A stretch of 64,000 nucleotides of DNA from assembly GCA_002269645.1 (NCBI GenBank), contig NIVC01000769.1, positions 62,001-126,000 of the forward strand, written 5' to 3'. Source of the stretch: Macrostomum lignano (taxonomy: Eukaryota). The position numbers were made by a program, and so were the translations under genes. The notes under the pieces are model-generated. The model made no database searches, was not told the DNA's origin, and saw nothing but the letters and a program-made list of their open reading frames with translations. Positions 1 through 12,365 of the stretch are shown here, one piece after another (position 1 is the first letter of the stretch; each line of letters starts with the position of its first letter).

Positions 1-2
1 TT

Positions 3-227
3 GACCATGGACTCGCCCGCACCTCTGCCGATGGCTGCGCCCGCCTCCGCCCCGACATTGGCGTGCCCGGTCTCCTGTGCTCCGGCCAAGACGTTGCCAG
101 CTGCGGCTTTGTCGGCGGCCTTGTGGGCGGCCTGCTGTGCGCCTCGGATGCTTTGGGCAGAAACCTCTTCTTCGACCTGGCCGCTCAGGTGCGGCAGGAG
201 AGGCGAAGGGCCAAGCAGATGGATTAA
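3..227 (+). CDS. RETSAT: C-terminal part of all-trans-retinol 13,14-reductase (retinol saturase), gene truncated by window start
   Basis: Frame 3 (not in the ORF track) reads DHGLARTSADGCARLRPDIGVPGLLCSGQDVASCGFVGGLVGGLLCASDALGRNLFFDL...KQMD*, matching the remembered RETSAT C-terminus ([48 protein letters not shown]); TAA at 225-227. Confidence 0.8.
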   Translation, partial: DHGLARTSADGCARLRPDIGVPGLLCSGQDVASCGFVGGLVGGLLCASDALGRNLFFDLAAQVRQERRRAKQMD

Positions 228-2162
228 GCCACGGCCGTGCTGGGGAAAATTCGGTTCAGATCAGGTTAGAGACGCCAAAAACTTTGACCGAATAGAGGAC
301 TGCATAATCAAATTAAAACATGCCAAGTTTATGAGGTTCAAGCTCTTCAAATCAAAATACTAATACACTTTTTATTATGACTAAGAGGCTATTAATAACT
401 TATAATTGCGAAAAGATTTTGTTGACGGAGCCAGTTTTTAATAGTGTATTATTAAAATGTGTGTACGCATCTCCTTTGCTTTGTACACGTAGAAATTTGT
501 GTTTAAAATAAATTTTGCAATATGCAGAATGTTGCGCAGACTTGAGGCGTAGAGTTCCATGTGCCATGTGTTTTTAGAAAGTTGTGGTTTTATGTGGTTA
601 AATAATAAATTGTCATGATTAAAACGATTTAAATTTTGAAATCAAATATATTACTGAACAAAAGTAGTTCGTTGTTCACACTTAGAAATTTCGTAAAATG
701 TCAAACGAGTATTTTTTAATATTCATTACTTTATTAACAATTATGACAACTTAGGCTCATAGAGGGGAGTCCCTAATTATGCCCTTGCTTGTTCGCCTCT
801 ATCCCAAAGTCCAACTTTTGTCGCTCTTTTGCCAAACCCAACTTCTTTGTGTCACTGTGAGCAAAATGATGTATCATTTGTGTACCATGATTACTCGGGC
901 TCCACTTTATATGCTTAAGTTGACAGGCCCTCTCTAGTAGTTAATGAAAGAAGGCTTAGCTGCCATGAAATCAATACTTCTTAACTACAAGTATTCCATT
1001 ACTTCCCGTGTCGGTCTTAGCGTCATGGTTGCTGACGTTAAAAAATTCAAATATCAAAATATCAAAGGTTTGCAAGTTTGTGAGAAATAAAAATTCTAGT
1101 ATTTTTCAAGTAATAAAACAAGCAAATAGAGCAAAATAGGCACCAGCCACAGCTGGCAGCAGCTTTACAGGACTCGAATTTGTTTTTATTGGCTTCAGCT
1201 TTCACCTCTCAGAGACTCAGTATTGGGTTGGCCAGCGTCTACAAGGAAAGAAAATCGTTTAAGTGTTTTACTGTTTTATGACCAAGGAATCTCGGAATTC
1301 TTTCTGCCAACCTCAGGAGTCTTTTATCTCTCATCAGCCCTAATGCTCTAGATCCTCATGGAGCTCTGCCTAGCAAAACTGGATATAACTGGAATGGAAG
1401 CAGCTGAAGGCGCATTCTCCATTCTTCCCATTCGTTCCCGCTTAAAAAATTGCTTTCTGTTCTGCCCGCCTCCCCTCCACCTTTTCGTCTCCACTCTGCA
1501 GAGCCTCCCCTCCCTCCAGTAAAATGTCATTAGGATAGAGTACGCTTTCTGTCGCTCTTTCTCGGCCTCTGTATTCGCTCCTATCTTTTTTAAGTCCTTA
1601 TCAGGTGATAATAGTGAAATTATGAAAGCCAATCTTCGAAATTAATGCAGGCAGCTCAACAACAATCTGTTAATTTAACAGCGATCAAAAGTGACCTGTG
1701 CTCAGCATTATACTGTCTGCGTAGCACAAGCGTAACACGGCGTAACCCTGCAGTCTCTATAGTAAGGGTAGGTAGAGTGCTTGCTTAACTGTTTCGCCAC
1801 TGCCCCCTTAACATTTGACACACTTCATGTGTTGCATTTGACACATCCATGCAACACATTGCCAGTAGGCTGTGAGAAGCACATCGCTATTCTTGCTGGC
1901 GTGTCTAAAAATTCCTATCCATAATTCCTCGAACCGGTTCTGGCATCCAGAGCTGAGAACCGGTTAAACCAGCTTTCAAGATCTGAGTACAAACAGGTAT
2001 CTGCACCTGTCCTGTTCCTGGCCAGTTTGAAATGTACTTCATGCTCCTCAAATGCATTTTTCTTTCCTTGGGACTGAGGAGGCATTGTAGCATGCTCAAT
2101 GGCTTCCCAAATCCTGCTTTCCTTTTGCCCCCCCCCCACTGCAGCTGGAAGTACGCGGGGAA

Positions 2163-2213
2163 CTGAGGCTGGCTCGTACATTGCGCCCTGAGGCTGGCTC
2201 GTACATTGCGCCC
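2163..2213. repeat. 25-bp tandem duplication just upstream of the aquaglyceroporin
   Basis: ctgaggctggctcgtacattgcgcc occurs twice back to back (2163-2187, 2188-2212). Confidence 0.85.
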
Positions 2214-2269
2214 ATTGCGTCCTTCAACTATTCAGATTGACACACGAAGAAGAAACCAGAAGCGGAGGA

Positions 2270-3315
2270 ATGCCTGCCGAAGATCGAAGACGCTTGACCT
2301 GGTCGCGGGTCGAGTCGCGCCTGGTGCTGCGGCACCGGCCATCGCAGCTGTTCCTGTCGGAGCTGATCGGCACAGTAGTGCTGGTCATTATTGTGGACTT
2401 GGGCTGCGGCTTGGCCACCATCACCCAGCGCGGTGGCATCAAGAATTTCGTGCCCGCGGTGGGCATCGGCAACGGACTCGGTGCCATGACGGGGATCATG
2501 GTCAGCCTGCGCCTCTCCGGTGGCACATCAATCCTGCGGTCTCATTCGCCATGTTTACCCTGCGAAAGATGAGCTTTAAACACCTGCTGCTGTACCAGTG
2601 GGCGCAATACCTTGGCGGGTTCCTGGGCGCCATGGTCGTCAATCTGCTCTACTTTCAGATCTTCAACAATCTGAACGGCGGCCAGCTGGTGGCCTTTGGC
2701 CCGAACGGCACAGCGGGAACCTTCTTTACTTTGCCGAATCCGGCCATCAACAACGGAGTGGCCTTCGCCGACCAGGTGGTGGGCACCTCCCTGCTGCTGC
2801 TGGCCGTCAGAGCCATCACGGATCCCAACAACCTGAACACGCCACCGGCTCTGCAGCCTCTGCTCATCGGGCTAGTGATCATGGGCCTCATCATCTCCGA
2901 GGTGATCGTGTCCGGCACTTGTCTGAATCCGGCGCGCGACTTCGCACCGCGCCTGGCAACTCTGGCTCTCGGCTACGGGCCGGAGGTGCTCAGCTCGCGC
3001 TCCTTCTACTTCTTGGTGCCGCTGGTGGGCCCGTACGTCGGGGCCGTTCTGGGCGCCTGGGTCTACGAGCTGGCCTACGCCAAGCCGTTGCAGCTGCTGG
3101 TTGAGCAGGAGGCTGCGGCCGCCCTCAATGAGGATCACGCGAATGACGACGAGGACTTTCCCACTGCCAGGGTGCAGCAGCCTCACCTCCAGCAGCGTAC
3201 GCCGATATTGGCCTCTGCGACAAAGCGTCGACCATGCGACGATGAGGACAGCGTCAAGGCGGAGTCGCTGCGGCATGCGGCAACTGCATCGCTGGAGGAG
3301 AAGGCTGAGTGCTAG
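2270..3315 (+). CDS. Aquaglyceroporin (MIP family, AQP3/7/9/10-GlpF type), single coding exon, one apparent 1-bp deletion near 2524
   Basis: N-terminal frame (MPAED...[15 protein letters not shown]...LSGG) joins the second frame (HINPAVSF...[12 protein letters not shown]...[20 protein letters not shown]) if one C is restored in ggc[c]ac. Two NPA boxes, NPARD aquaglyceroporin signature, six hydrophobic helices. A possible acceptor (ttcag, 2231-2235) lies upstream of the ATG. Confidence 0.9.
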
Positions 3316-3929
3316 GGTTATTTGGGTTAGGAAGGAACTTGATAAGATTTGACGGATGATGGAAACAAGTGACAAAGTAAGAGCCAAGACCTATCAGCAA
3401 AGGGTTCACGGCTGTCTTGCCAAAAAGTTATTACCAGCACCCTTCATTGATGCGTGCTTACTTTAGTTTCTTAGTTAGGTGACCGCGCGTTTTCTCAAAT
3501 CAGTTTAAAAAAGCAACTTAAATAACCGCAAAAAATTCTTATTTGCTTCTTTTTCCCCCACTCGGCTAAGCACATTCTGGTGCTTATCTTGCTTCGAAGT
3601 AAGCTTTGGTAGAAATTTTGATAGCGTAAAGATGTTTTATTCATTTATGATTGCGCAATGATTTTGAAGGCCCACTCTTTACGAGTTTTTTTGTGCACAG
3701 TTTTAAAATTTTTTAAAAATTTTTATACCTTTCCAATATCGACACTAGGTACGAGTTATTTGTCAGCAACGTATCTGCGCACTGATTTCGCAATGATTTT
3801 AAAGATTAAGACTGCAATACGAGCCACAGCCCTGCGCGTCTATCAGCAGCAGGCTTTTTGCTATTGTCATTGCAATTGTAATCGTTTGCGTTTCATCCTT
3901 CCACTGGACGTATTTAAAAGTGATTTTAC

Positions 3930-4206
3930 AAGTGGCTTAGTGGTTGCAGCTTCGGACTCACGGCTGAAAGGTCAGGGGTTCGATTCTTCACCCACTCGGA
4001 ACTATTTGTGTTCTTGAGCAAGACACCTTATTCTGCATTGCTTCAGTTCACCCAGCTGTAAAATGGGTGCCAGCATTAGCTTTGGTAATTGAGGGTGTGC
4101 GTGGCGACCCCCCAGTCCTTGGACTGAACAGCCGTACGCAGCCTTCAGATGCGCCGCGCAATAGCTGCGGCTGAGCTGTCGGTTGCACATCTGCCCATTA
4201 TTATTT
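3930..4206 (+). mobile_element. tRNA-derived CORE-SINE, copy 1
   Basis: Pol III A box (tggcttagtgg) and B box (ggttcgattc), CORE-like block (ttcttgagcaagacaccttattctgcattgcttcagttcacccagctgtaaaatgggt), (tta)n tail; second copy at 42514-42830. Confidence 0.85.
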
Positions 4207-5540
4207 TACTAATAAATGCGAAACGTATTAGTTTAGTGCTAATTCTGCTAATTAAGAGACCAAAATTTTCCATATTGCATGTACTACTGTCTCTCATGTA
4301 CCGGTAGGTAAAATTCTTTTCGGAGAATCAGATTTGTTTTTAGGCGAAGAAAACTAGGCAAGGACGCAGATCTCTACCTATAACACCTTTGAAATCCTTT
4401 TGAGAGCCTCTTTGGTCACAAAAAATTAAGAGATAGAGCTGGAGACCAACTTCTCAATCCATGTGCTTAGGCAGCGTAGAAGTACATGTAAAGTGAGCTT
4501 CTTAAACAATCTTAGCACGGGTAGACTCCAGTCACCTCCAGACCCGTTTGTTTCGTGTGTCGATGGCGGTGCTTTGAATGCAGTCCACCAGCCACTCTAA
4601 CCAAAAGTGCTCATCCTACTGAAGGACGCGTGGTGAATGGTTTCAGAAGTATTCGATGCATCGGCAGCTTTTGAATGCAATGCATCTGCATCTACCAGTC
4701 TTCTGAAAAAAAGACTTGGAAACCGAAGCCTACGGCTAAACGCTTGTTGGAGGAGCGTTGACAATTTTCATTCAGTATGCTATTCAGTAAACTACTTCGT
4801 AAATATAAACATAATAAGCATTTATAAACACAGGGAACGATCAGTCCGATCCTCTTTTACCAAAGCGCTCGTTAAAGTTTCTAAAAATACATGGGTCCAT
4901 GAGATTTTCTTCCTTATGTATTGCATTATTGTGGACAGAAAGTATTAGGAAAAAGAGGTTCGCAAGGTCTCTAGGCGGAAACTAAGGTAAACAATAAAAG
5001 GCTAATACGGAAATTGTCAGGAAGTTGAAGAGATGGTGGACATTTCTGGGGCAGCAGCTGGTCCAGCCGATTCCCCTGCATGGATGAAAAACACACGCAA
5101 GACAAAGTAGAACGAGTCGAGTCAAACAAAGGTAGCGAAAAACAATGGGAAAGAAATGTGTTCTCAATCCCTCCCGTGGATTGAATCGAAAGGCATTATA
5201 AGTATTGGTGGCCAACCGCATTAGAGTGAAATAGCTTGGGTTCGCACACTGACTGAATTTCTCACCCTATAGGTTAGCATAGACTGCTACAGCGAAAGAA
5301 AATGATGAGACAAGGCAGTGAAAGAAGGCAATACAGGAGACCGGGGGGTTAACTGAACGGCAGCGTGACCTGGCCTGCTGTCCCCAGTCACGAAAGCGCA
5401 GTCAATGTGCCAGGTGCATAAAAACCAAGGCCGTTCTGGATGCAAGCTTTGTGTGTCACTTGCAAAAATGCTGTGGCATACAGGCACCGCTCAGATCAAT
5501 GATCCCAACCCAAGACTCAATCATCTGAGTCCACGCCAAT

Positions 5541-5884
5541 TCAATGCTCATTGGCGCACGTAAATCTGATGAGACAGCGCGTGAGCCGGAGGCAATGCTC
5601 GAAGTTTCCAATGCTACAGTCGCGACTCTGCTGCTCAGACTCCAGCAGCTGCAGTTCGCAGCGGATCAGCTGTTCGAAGAGGGCAATGCAGCGGCATGCA
5701 GGACACTCGAAATCAACGAAACAGTCGGTCATGCGGCCTTGGTGCTGCTGGCAGAGCGGCAGGGAGATGGCGGTGCAGCTGGACTGCTCAGACAGGGGAC
5801 TGCGCTCGCCTGTGCGGGCCACCGAAGGACTGGCGGGGTCCAGGAACTGCGCCTCGTCTACCAGACTGTGGCCCGGCTGTACCA
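5541..5884 (-). CDS. Putative terminal coding exon, Cys/His-rich; possibly the last exon of the repeat-protein gene
   Basis: GC-rich open frame preceded on the minus strand by acceptor attttcag (AG 5886-5885), phase 1, ending TGA 5543-5541; ..LCQQHQGRMTDCFVDFECPACRCIALFEQLIRC.. No family recognised. Confidence 0.4.
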
Positions 5885-6791
5885 CTGAAAATATTTTAAC
5901 ATTTTAGGCTGAAAATACTGCTCTTACTCGAAGATTCAATACATTCAGTGATTAAGTTCTCATAAATTTCTCTGATCTCCACAATATCGTGCTTTTATTA
6001 GTGCGAGACGAACACGTGCGTGCTGGCCTAGCGGGTTTGAAGGCGCGATAAGCGCGAGTATCTCAACGCAGTGATACTAGGATATTTTCGGATGTACGAT
6101 TTTCGCACTTATCGCAGAGACAGCGAGCTATGCAGAGAGCTGTGCGGACTACCTAGCAAGCCCGAATAAAGCTTGAACACAATTCCATAACACCTATCAA
6201 ATCGATTTATCAGACTGGTTACTTTAACTAATGCGCCAGTTTGTGACACACAGAAAGTGGTGGTCGAACCTCGCGCAGGTAGACCGAGAGCGGTTTCTGG
6301 CTTGTTTTGCCCTTGTCAGTCAGCCATTGCCGCACGCCGTCCTCTCCCACCACTAAACTGTGCACAGACGCTTCTTCTGTGCTGACATTTTTTATGGCGG
6401 CATTTTTCGGGCTATGAGAGAGATTTTATGATTCAAATCTTTATTCGACTACTTATTCTCAATAGTCTAAATTGAATTTCCTTCATAGCAATGCACTCAG
6501 CAACATTCAAGTTTCAAGTTTCCACCCAGAAACCAGTGGTACACTTTTCACAGATCTCAGCCACGAGTGACGAAATTCACACCACGCTTGCGGTTCTCTT
6601 CTCAACTGTGGGTGATGCCAATTGGCGTCACAAGACCCTGGCTTAACCTGGTGAGGAGAGAGTGGAGAGTTATGGAGTTGGATTAAAGCTGTCACTTCAT
6701 GACCAGTGTTTTCGGGGTGGAAACTTTACCTGTTGCTGAGTGCTTATATGCAGACTAAGCATTTGCCCTCAAAATTTGAGCAAAAATGCAT

Positions 6792-7170
6792 TGGAAAGAT
6801 GGAGCTACCAGTTACCAGCTATCACTGATTTTTATCAGCCCTTAAAAATCGAATTTCATGTAGCTCTGACAATGCGACATGCACAACCACAATATTGATC
6901 GGGTTTTCTCTGCATGCTCATCATACATAGATTGACAAATTTGGTATCGTTTCAAAAGTGTTTAAATTTGCAGACAACGCGTCTCCTGCCCGCCAGACGC
7001 TCGAATCTGATAAAAACATTGGGAATATTGGCAAGAGTTCCACTACATCCAAGATTTGCTAGTTTTGTCCGCTCTTTAAGAGCCGTTCCCGACCAATCAG
7101 AACACGTTGAGGGACAGGTATTCTCAGACTGATAAAAACCAATTGTAGCTGGTAGCTGGTAGATTTTCCA
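6792..7170. mobile_element. Degenerate MITE with about 45-bp imperfect terminal inverted repeats
   Basis: Left ctaccagttaccagctatcactgatttttatcag (6805-6838) vs right ctgataaaaaccaattgtagctggtagctggtag (about 7129-7162), whose reverse complement is ctaccagctaccagctacaattggtttttatcag. Confidence 0.6.
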
Positions 7171-7342
7171 GTTATTAGTCTCTTATGGAATTGGGCCTTG
7201 GAGGAAGGCTCTCACACCAGTGCTGCGGATCTCTAGATGCGGAGTTGTGAAGGAGAGAGGAACAAAGCTAAGGAAACAGGAACACAGCAAAACCCGAAAA
7301 GTGTTGGTGGGTTTTTGCATCGAACTGAAAGGTGAAAACGGA

Positions 7343-10300
7343 TTAAATCAGATGCAGATATCCGTCGGACCCACCGCTCGGATTCAAGGACAGCTCGCTG
7401 CGTCCTGCCAGATCATCCGAAATCGGGTCGGTTCGCTGCCATGCTGACGATTCGCCCTTCTGCTCGGCCGCCAACTGCGGCGGCGCCCAGGTCTCCCGCG
7501 CGTAGCCAACCAGCGCCGGGTCGTCCGGCTGCCGCGCCACAGTCGGCCGCTGCAGGCCAGCATCGCTGCTTGTCAAATGGGTCGATCGGCTGGTGCCAAA
7601 CTCCGATACTGAGCCGTCCGCTTGCCACTCTTGCGGCCCGTCAAAGTTGGACTCCGCAGCGCGTGATATTGTGCGCCACTGCGACACCTGGCTGGGACCG
7701 GACATCTCCGTGCCAAGGTCTGTCGCCCTCAAAGTGGTGGCAGTGGCAGCAGTCGGCCGCGACTCTCGAAGGTGTAGCTCTCGCGCCTCCTCCGGCCTCT
7801 GCGACTGGCAGCAGATTGAAGCTCGGCAGCGCCTGGTGCGGTAACGACAATTTTTTGGTTACCATTTCTTGTGCTTATTTTAGCTGTTACTGCGGAATAT
7901 AAGTTAATTAATTAAATCGTTATTGCTCCTGACCTATAGGATTTTGTTGGTGGATTTGTCGCTTCTGATGGCTGAACCATTGATTCCGAAGCCAAAGACT
8001 GCGGACCCAGCGTCTGTGGACCCAGCGTCTGCGGACCCAGCGTCTGCGGACCCAGCGTCTGCGGACCCAGCGTCTGCGGACCCAGCGTCTGCGGACCCAG
8101 CGTCTGCGGACCCAGCGTCTGCGGACCCAGCGTCTGCGGACCCAGCGTCTGCGGACCCAGCGTCTGCGGACCCAGCGTCTGCGGACCCAGCATCTGCGGA
8201 CCCAACGTCTGCGGACCCAGCGTCTGCGGACCCAGCGTCTGCGGACCCAGCGTCTGCGAATCCAACGTCTGCGGACCCAAAGTTTGAGGGCCAAGAGTTC
8301 GAGGACCAAGTGTTTGTGGTCCCAAAAATAGTGAGGCCAATGATTCTGGTCCCTGTGTTTTGGAAGCCATCGATTGCGGATCCAGCGTTTGCGGACCAAC
8401 TGTTAGTGGAGCCACAGATTGCGGAGCTCGTGTTTGAGAAGCCTGTGATTGCGGGCCGAGCGTCTGCGGGCCGAGCGTCTGCGGGCCAATCGACAGCGGA
8501 GCCAGCACTTGCGATGGTGGCTGGAATTGTTGTCTTTCTTCCTGGATAGTTGGTGTCGCCCGAAGGTCCTGGTTCTCTCGAAAATTTCGTGTGCTCCGGT
8601 TTTCTGATTGGGGCCGGGTATCTCGTGTTTCTCGGTAGTTTCTGGTGTCCCGGCCCGCCGGAAAATCGCGGGTGTCCCGGCCCGCCGGATAATCGCGGGT
8701 GTCCCGGCCTGCGGGATAATCGCGGGTGTCCCGGCCCGCCGGATAATCGCGGGTGTCCCGGCCCGCCGGATAATCGCGGGTGTCCCGGCCTGCGGGATAA
8801 TCGCGGGTGTCCCGGCCCGCCAGATAATCGCGGGTGTCCCGGCCCGCCGGATAATCGCGGGTGTCCCGGCCCGCCGGAAAATCGCGGGTGTCCCGGCCCG
8901 CCGGATAATCGCGGGTGTCCCGGCCCGCCGGAAAATCGAGGGTGTCCCGGCCCGCCGGGAGATCGCGGGTGTCCCGGCTTTCCTTGTAATCTCGAGTGCT
9001 CCGATAGTCGCGGGAGTCACCGGTTGCCTCAGAAGTTGACTCCGGCGTTGCTCCTTCGTCAGCACTGCTGCCAAAAGCCCCTGCAGCGCCCCGGCGATCA
9101 GCATCTGCTGGCTCCCATCGCGACAGCTGGCAGTCGGATCCGGCAGCTCCGTCATCTATGCAGCGGCGGCAGCAGCAGCACCGCGATGAAGTGCTGCGAT
9201 GTCGCTTGCCACTACTGGAGCCTCCTCGAGTAGTGGTGCACCGGACACAGCACTGACAGGTAGGGTGGCTTCTGCCATCTGCAGAGAGAATTACGACTGT
9301 GGTATGCATATACAGCAAATGGCGCTGCTTGGCACTTCTGCAGCTAGTTGTTTTTAATAAAGCAATTGGGCCTAGCCAATTTATGCAGAGCTTACGAAGA
9401 GATGACCTTTCGGACATTATTGATAGATCAAGGCAACTCAATTGCACGGGGCAGTTGCTTATTCTGCACCTTATAAATTTGAAAGACGTCACCTTCTTTT
9501 AAGCCTATTTAAGCCTATTTTTGCAGAAAATGCACACAAAGTCAATATCAATATTTTTTGATGCAGCGTATGAAGATGCATTGCTGGTGTCAGATAGATA
9601 ATGAGCAGCAATACACTACACTACATTTTGTGCTCAGGTCGGAATATTATGTATGAACAATTAAAGTGAGCTCACCTCTTTGCTGCCAGGCAGATGAGCT
9701 TCCATGTCTTCGTCGGCCGCCGCGGCGGTGTCGCGTCCTGCGTCGACTACCTCGACTCTGCCGATCTGAAAAGGATGCGCCACAGCCGGCATCTCCACCA
9801 CCGCCGCTGCCGCAGCAGCCGCAGTCAGATCTGCAAGGCATGTCGAACTCCAGCAGGCAGTGCTCAGGGCAGCTACCACTACTGCTGCTGCAGCAAGCAG
9901 TGCCAGTCGCTCCGAATCCGCCGCCGCCACAAGCACCGCCACCGCCGCCGCCACCGCAGATGCTGCCGCAGCAACCGGATGTGCCTTGCTGATCGGCAGT
10001 CCTTGGATGTGGCGCCTGGCAGCTGCATTGATTGCAGGCATCTTTGCAGCATGGGTCAGGCTTGCAGCACGGGTCAGGCTTGCAGCACGGGTCAGGCTTA
10101 CAGCACGGGTCAGGCTTGCAGCACGGGTCAGGCTTGCAGCACGGGTCAGGCTTGCAGCACGGGTCAGGCTTGCAGCACGGGTCAGGCTTGCAGCACGGGT
10201 CAGGCTTACAGCACGGGTCAGGCTTGCAGCACGGGTCAGGCTTGCAGCACGGGTCAGGCTTACAGCACGGGTCAGGCTTGCAGCACGGGTCAGGTTTGCA

Positions 10301-11820
10301 ATAGCAACAACGGCAGGTATCTTTCTTCTTGCGACAGCGATCAATTTTTATGTCAATCACGCGGCAGCATCTTGGCGGAGCCGGTTGAATCGGCATCTGG
10401 ATGGGCATTGGCATTGTCTGCGGCTGCTGTGGCGGCGGTGCCATTGGAGCAACGGGACCCGCTTTAGACTGCCGCTTGCGATGGCGTCGGCGCCGTTTCT
10501 TCGCCGGTGGAGGCGGTACGGGCGCCATGGTCCGCTGAATGCTGCCCTGCTGGTATGGGTCCACCATGGCCGCGCCGCTCATGCGCCAAACAGCGCCACG
10601 CATGTCGGCCAGCTCGCACAGGTGGCACTCCTCCTCTTCCTCCTCATCGGAGCTGCCTGAGCTGCTTTCAGAGAAGGCGCGCCAAGCTCTGGGCAGGGGC
10701 ACCTGCTGCTGTTGGGGCATCTGCTGCTGATTCGGATACGCATATTGATCTGGCGGCGGCTGCTGCATTGGCGGCTGTTGGTAGCTCTGCGCTGGCATCA
10801 CCCCAGTCTCCTCACGGGCAGGCGAGAGGCTCCCAGTTTCCGATGGGCTGTCACGGTCGGAGTTGCGCCGGCTGGAGCGATGCCGAGATTTTCGGCCTGC
10901 GTTTGGTCGCGAATCGCGTCGGCGACGAAGGCTGGAGTCCCGCGACCCAACAGGCTCGCTTGCTCTGGGCATTGAAAGTTCACTTTGCCGACGGAGAAGG
11001 TCGCGCGATCCTCTGCGATCATCCCTGCTGGTAGGGCTCCCAGCTCCATCGTCTTCATCTTCCATAAATGTCTGGCGGCTGACGCGAGAACCGTGCGACA
11101 GGCGAGACTCTCGACCCGCCCTTCTACGCCTCTCCTTCTGCTGCTGCCGGCGCAGATGCTGCGACGAGGATCGCCGCGTCTTCGATTTTTGTCGGCGCCT
11201 GCGATTTTCCCCATCGGAGCCGGCCGCTGCTTCATCATAGTCTTCATCGTCGCGCATTCTAAATGAGGTGCCGCTGTCCGCCCGCCGACGATTTGACTGG
11301 CTCTGTTGCTCAGTTGAGCAGCTTCTCGGTCTGCAGCTGTCACTTAGCTGACTGCCTGCCGAGGTTAAGCTGCACGACTCAGACTCGGAAGCCGATGACA
11401 CCGATGCGGCCGAAGTAGAGGAGGTCGGCGTTACAGTCACCGTCCGAGTGGCAGTCATTGTTGTTGCCGACCCGGCCGCAGCAGCGCTGGGTTGACAGTG
11501 TCGCTGGCAACCGACGTCACTGCGACGATAGGGCCGACCTTGTCGGATCTCGAACTGGCTGGATGTGGAGTCGCCCGTCGCCTGGGTTGTTGCCCGACCT
11601 TCCAGCCTGTCATACTCGGTGACTGTTGTGGTTGCCAAGTTTGATGTTGTTATTGACGTTGGAAGCTCTTGGGGCGCATTGTTGGTGGAATTGTTAATGT
11701 TGCTGCTCAACTGGTGGCAGCAGGTGTTGATCATTCCACTGTAGATGGTCAGCTGCGTCATGGACGATGGAGTTCGTTTCTCCAAGGACTCGACATTGTA
11801 CACCTGGTTCAACAACATCA
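7343..11820 (-). CDS. Large low-complexity Cys/Arg/Pro-rich orphan protein with three tandem peptide-repeat modules (core exons 11803 or 11820..9676, 9278..7934, 7832..7343)
   Basis: The 724-aa and 526-aa ORFs join through a phase-1 intron (donor AGAG|gtgagc at 9675, acceptor ttctctctgcag| at 9279). A 101-bp phase-2 intron (TATAG|gtcagg 7933; caccag| 7833) joins the open frame 7832-7343. Repeat periods 18, 27 and 15 bp all stay open in this frame. Confidence 0.75.
7998..8290 (-). repeat. Coding 15-bp minisatellite, (LGPQT) about 19 copies, degenerate copies to about 8490
   Basis: Plus-strand unit gcggacccagcgtct; encodes ...TLGPQTLGPQ... in the long minus frame. Confidence 0.9.
8645..8978 (-). 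repeat. Coding 27-bp minisatellite, (RDTRDYPAG) about 12 copies
   Basis: Plus-strand unit ccggcccgccggataatcgcgggtgtc with variants giving D-Y/F/L-P-A-G. Confidence 0.9.
10047..10300 (-). repeat. Coding 18-bp minisatellite, (KPDPCC) 14 copies
   Basis: Plus-strand unit gcagcacgggtcaggctt; the variant ttacagc is synonymous in the KPDPCC frame (TGC/TGT, both Cys). Confidence 0.9.
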
Positions 11821-12365
11821 ACAGAGAAGAAATTGCAGCTCATGGTCAATGCGTAGTGCTACTCGAATTTTTGGCTGTTACGAGCGTATCGCTGTAACCA
11901 AAACGAAACAAAAGAGCAAATACTTATTTTCGTTAACTGGATACAGCACACTTGGTACCTACCGATTTTGCTTCCAGATAAAAATACGAGTACTTCTAAG
12001 AAGAGGCAAAAAATCACTGCAACATAAGACGTTGAATCTGCTACAATTTTGTCTCAAAATAAAAGAAGCTACACCTATTCACCTACATTCACCTACTGGT
12101 GAATGAATCAGCGAGAAACGTTGGGCAATTCTAGAAGACTTTTGAGAAGATCTAATTTAATTAAAAAATGTTTGCTTCGCCGAGATAAGAATGGAGATCG
12201 ATCATAGCATAGGAGAATTACTGAAGTTTGTCATACATGTACTTGTTTATCATGCCGTATGTTTAGCATGCATTTGTCATGTTTAGCAGCCATACCTGCT
12301 ATGTTCACAAAGAAACAATAGAGAGAACAGAGAAGATCTGGTTTCCTCAAGACAAGGAAAATTAC

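Noticed and set aside
1348-2181. Minus-strand ORFs 1348-1632 and 1915-2181 as retrotransposon (integrase/gag) fragments
   Set aside because: Only vague resemblance (FYWREGRLCR); no diagnostic catalytic or zinc-finger motif could be confirmed.
3930-4000. tRNA gene (also 42514-42585)
   Set aside because: The cloverleaf is degenerate and continues into CORE and tail sequence shared by two copies, so it is a SINE head, not a tRNA.
7920-10660. Alternative-frame ORFs over the coding repeats (ADPAS, RRWVR, GPPDNRGC, QHGSGL, AARVRL, TRAASL)
   Set aside because: Shadow frames of triplet-period repeats; only the KPDPCC/RDTRDYPAG/LGPQT frame is continuous and linked by phase-matched splice sites.
11690-11891. 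Alternative start MSCNFFSVDV.. or stop read-through after the acceptor-like ttttggttacag at about 11892
   Set aside because: All frames from that acceptor hit stops within 15 codons and the MSCN frame closes after about 50 aa. It could be a UTR or trans-splice acceptor, but that is unsupported without transcripts.
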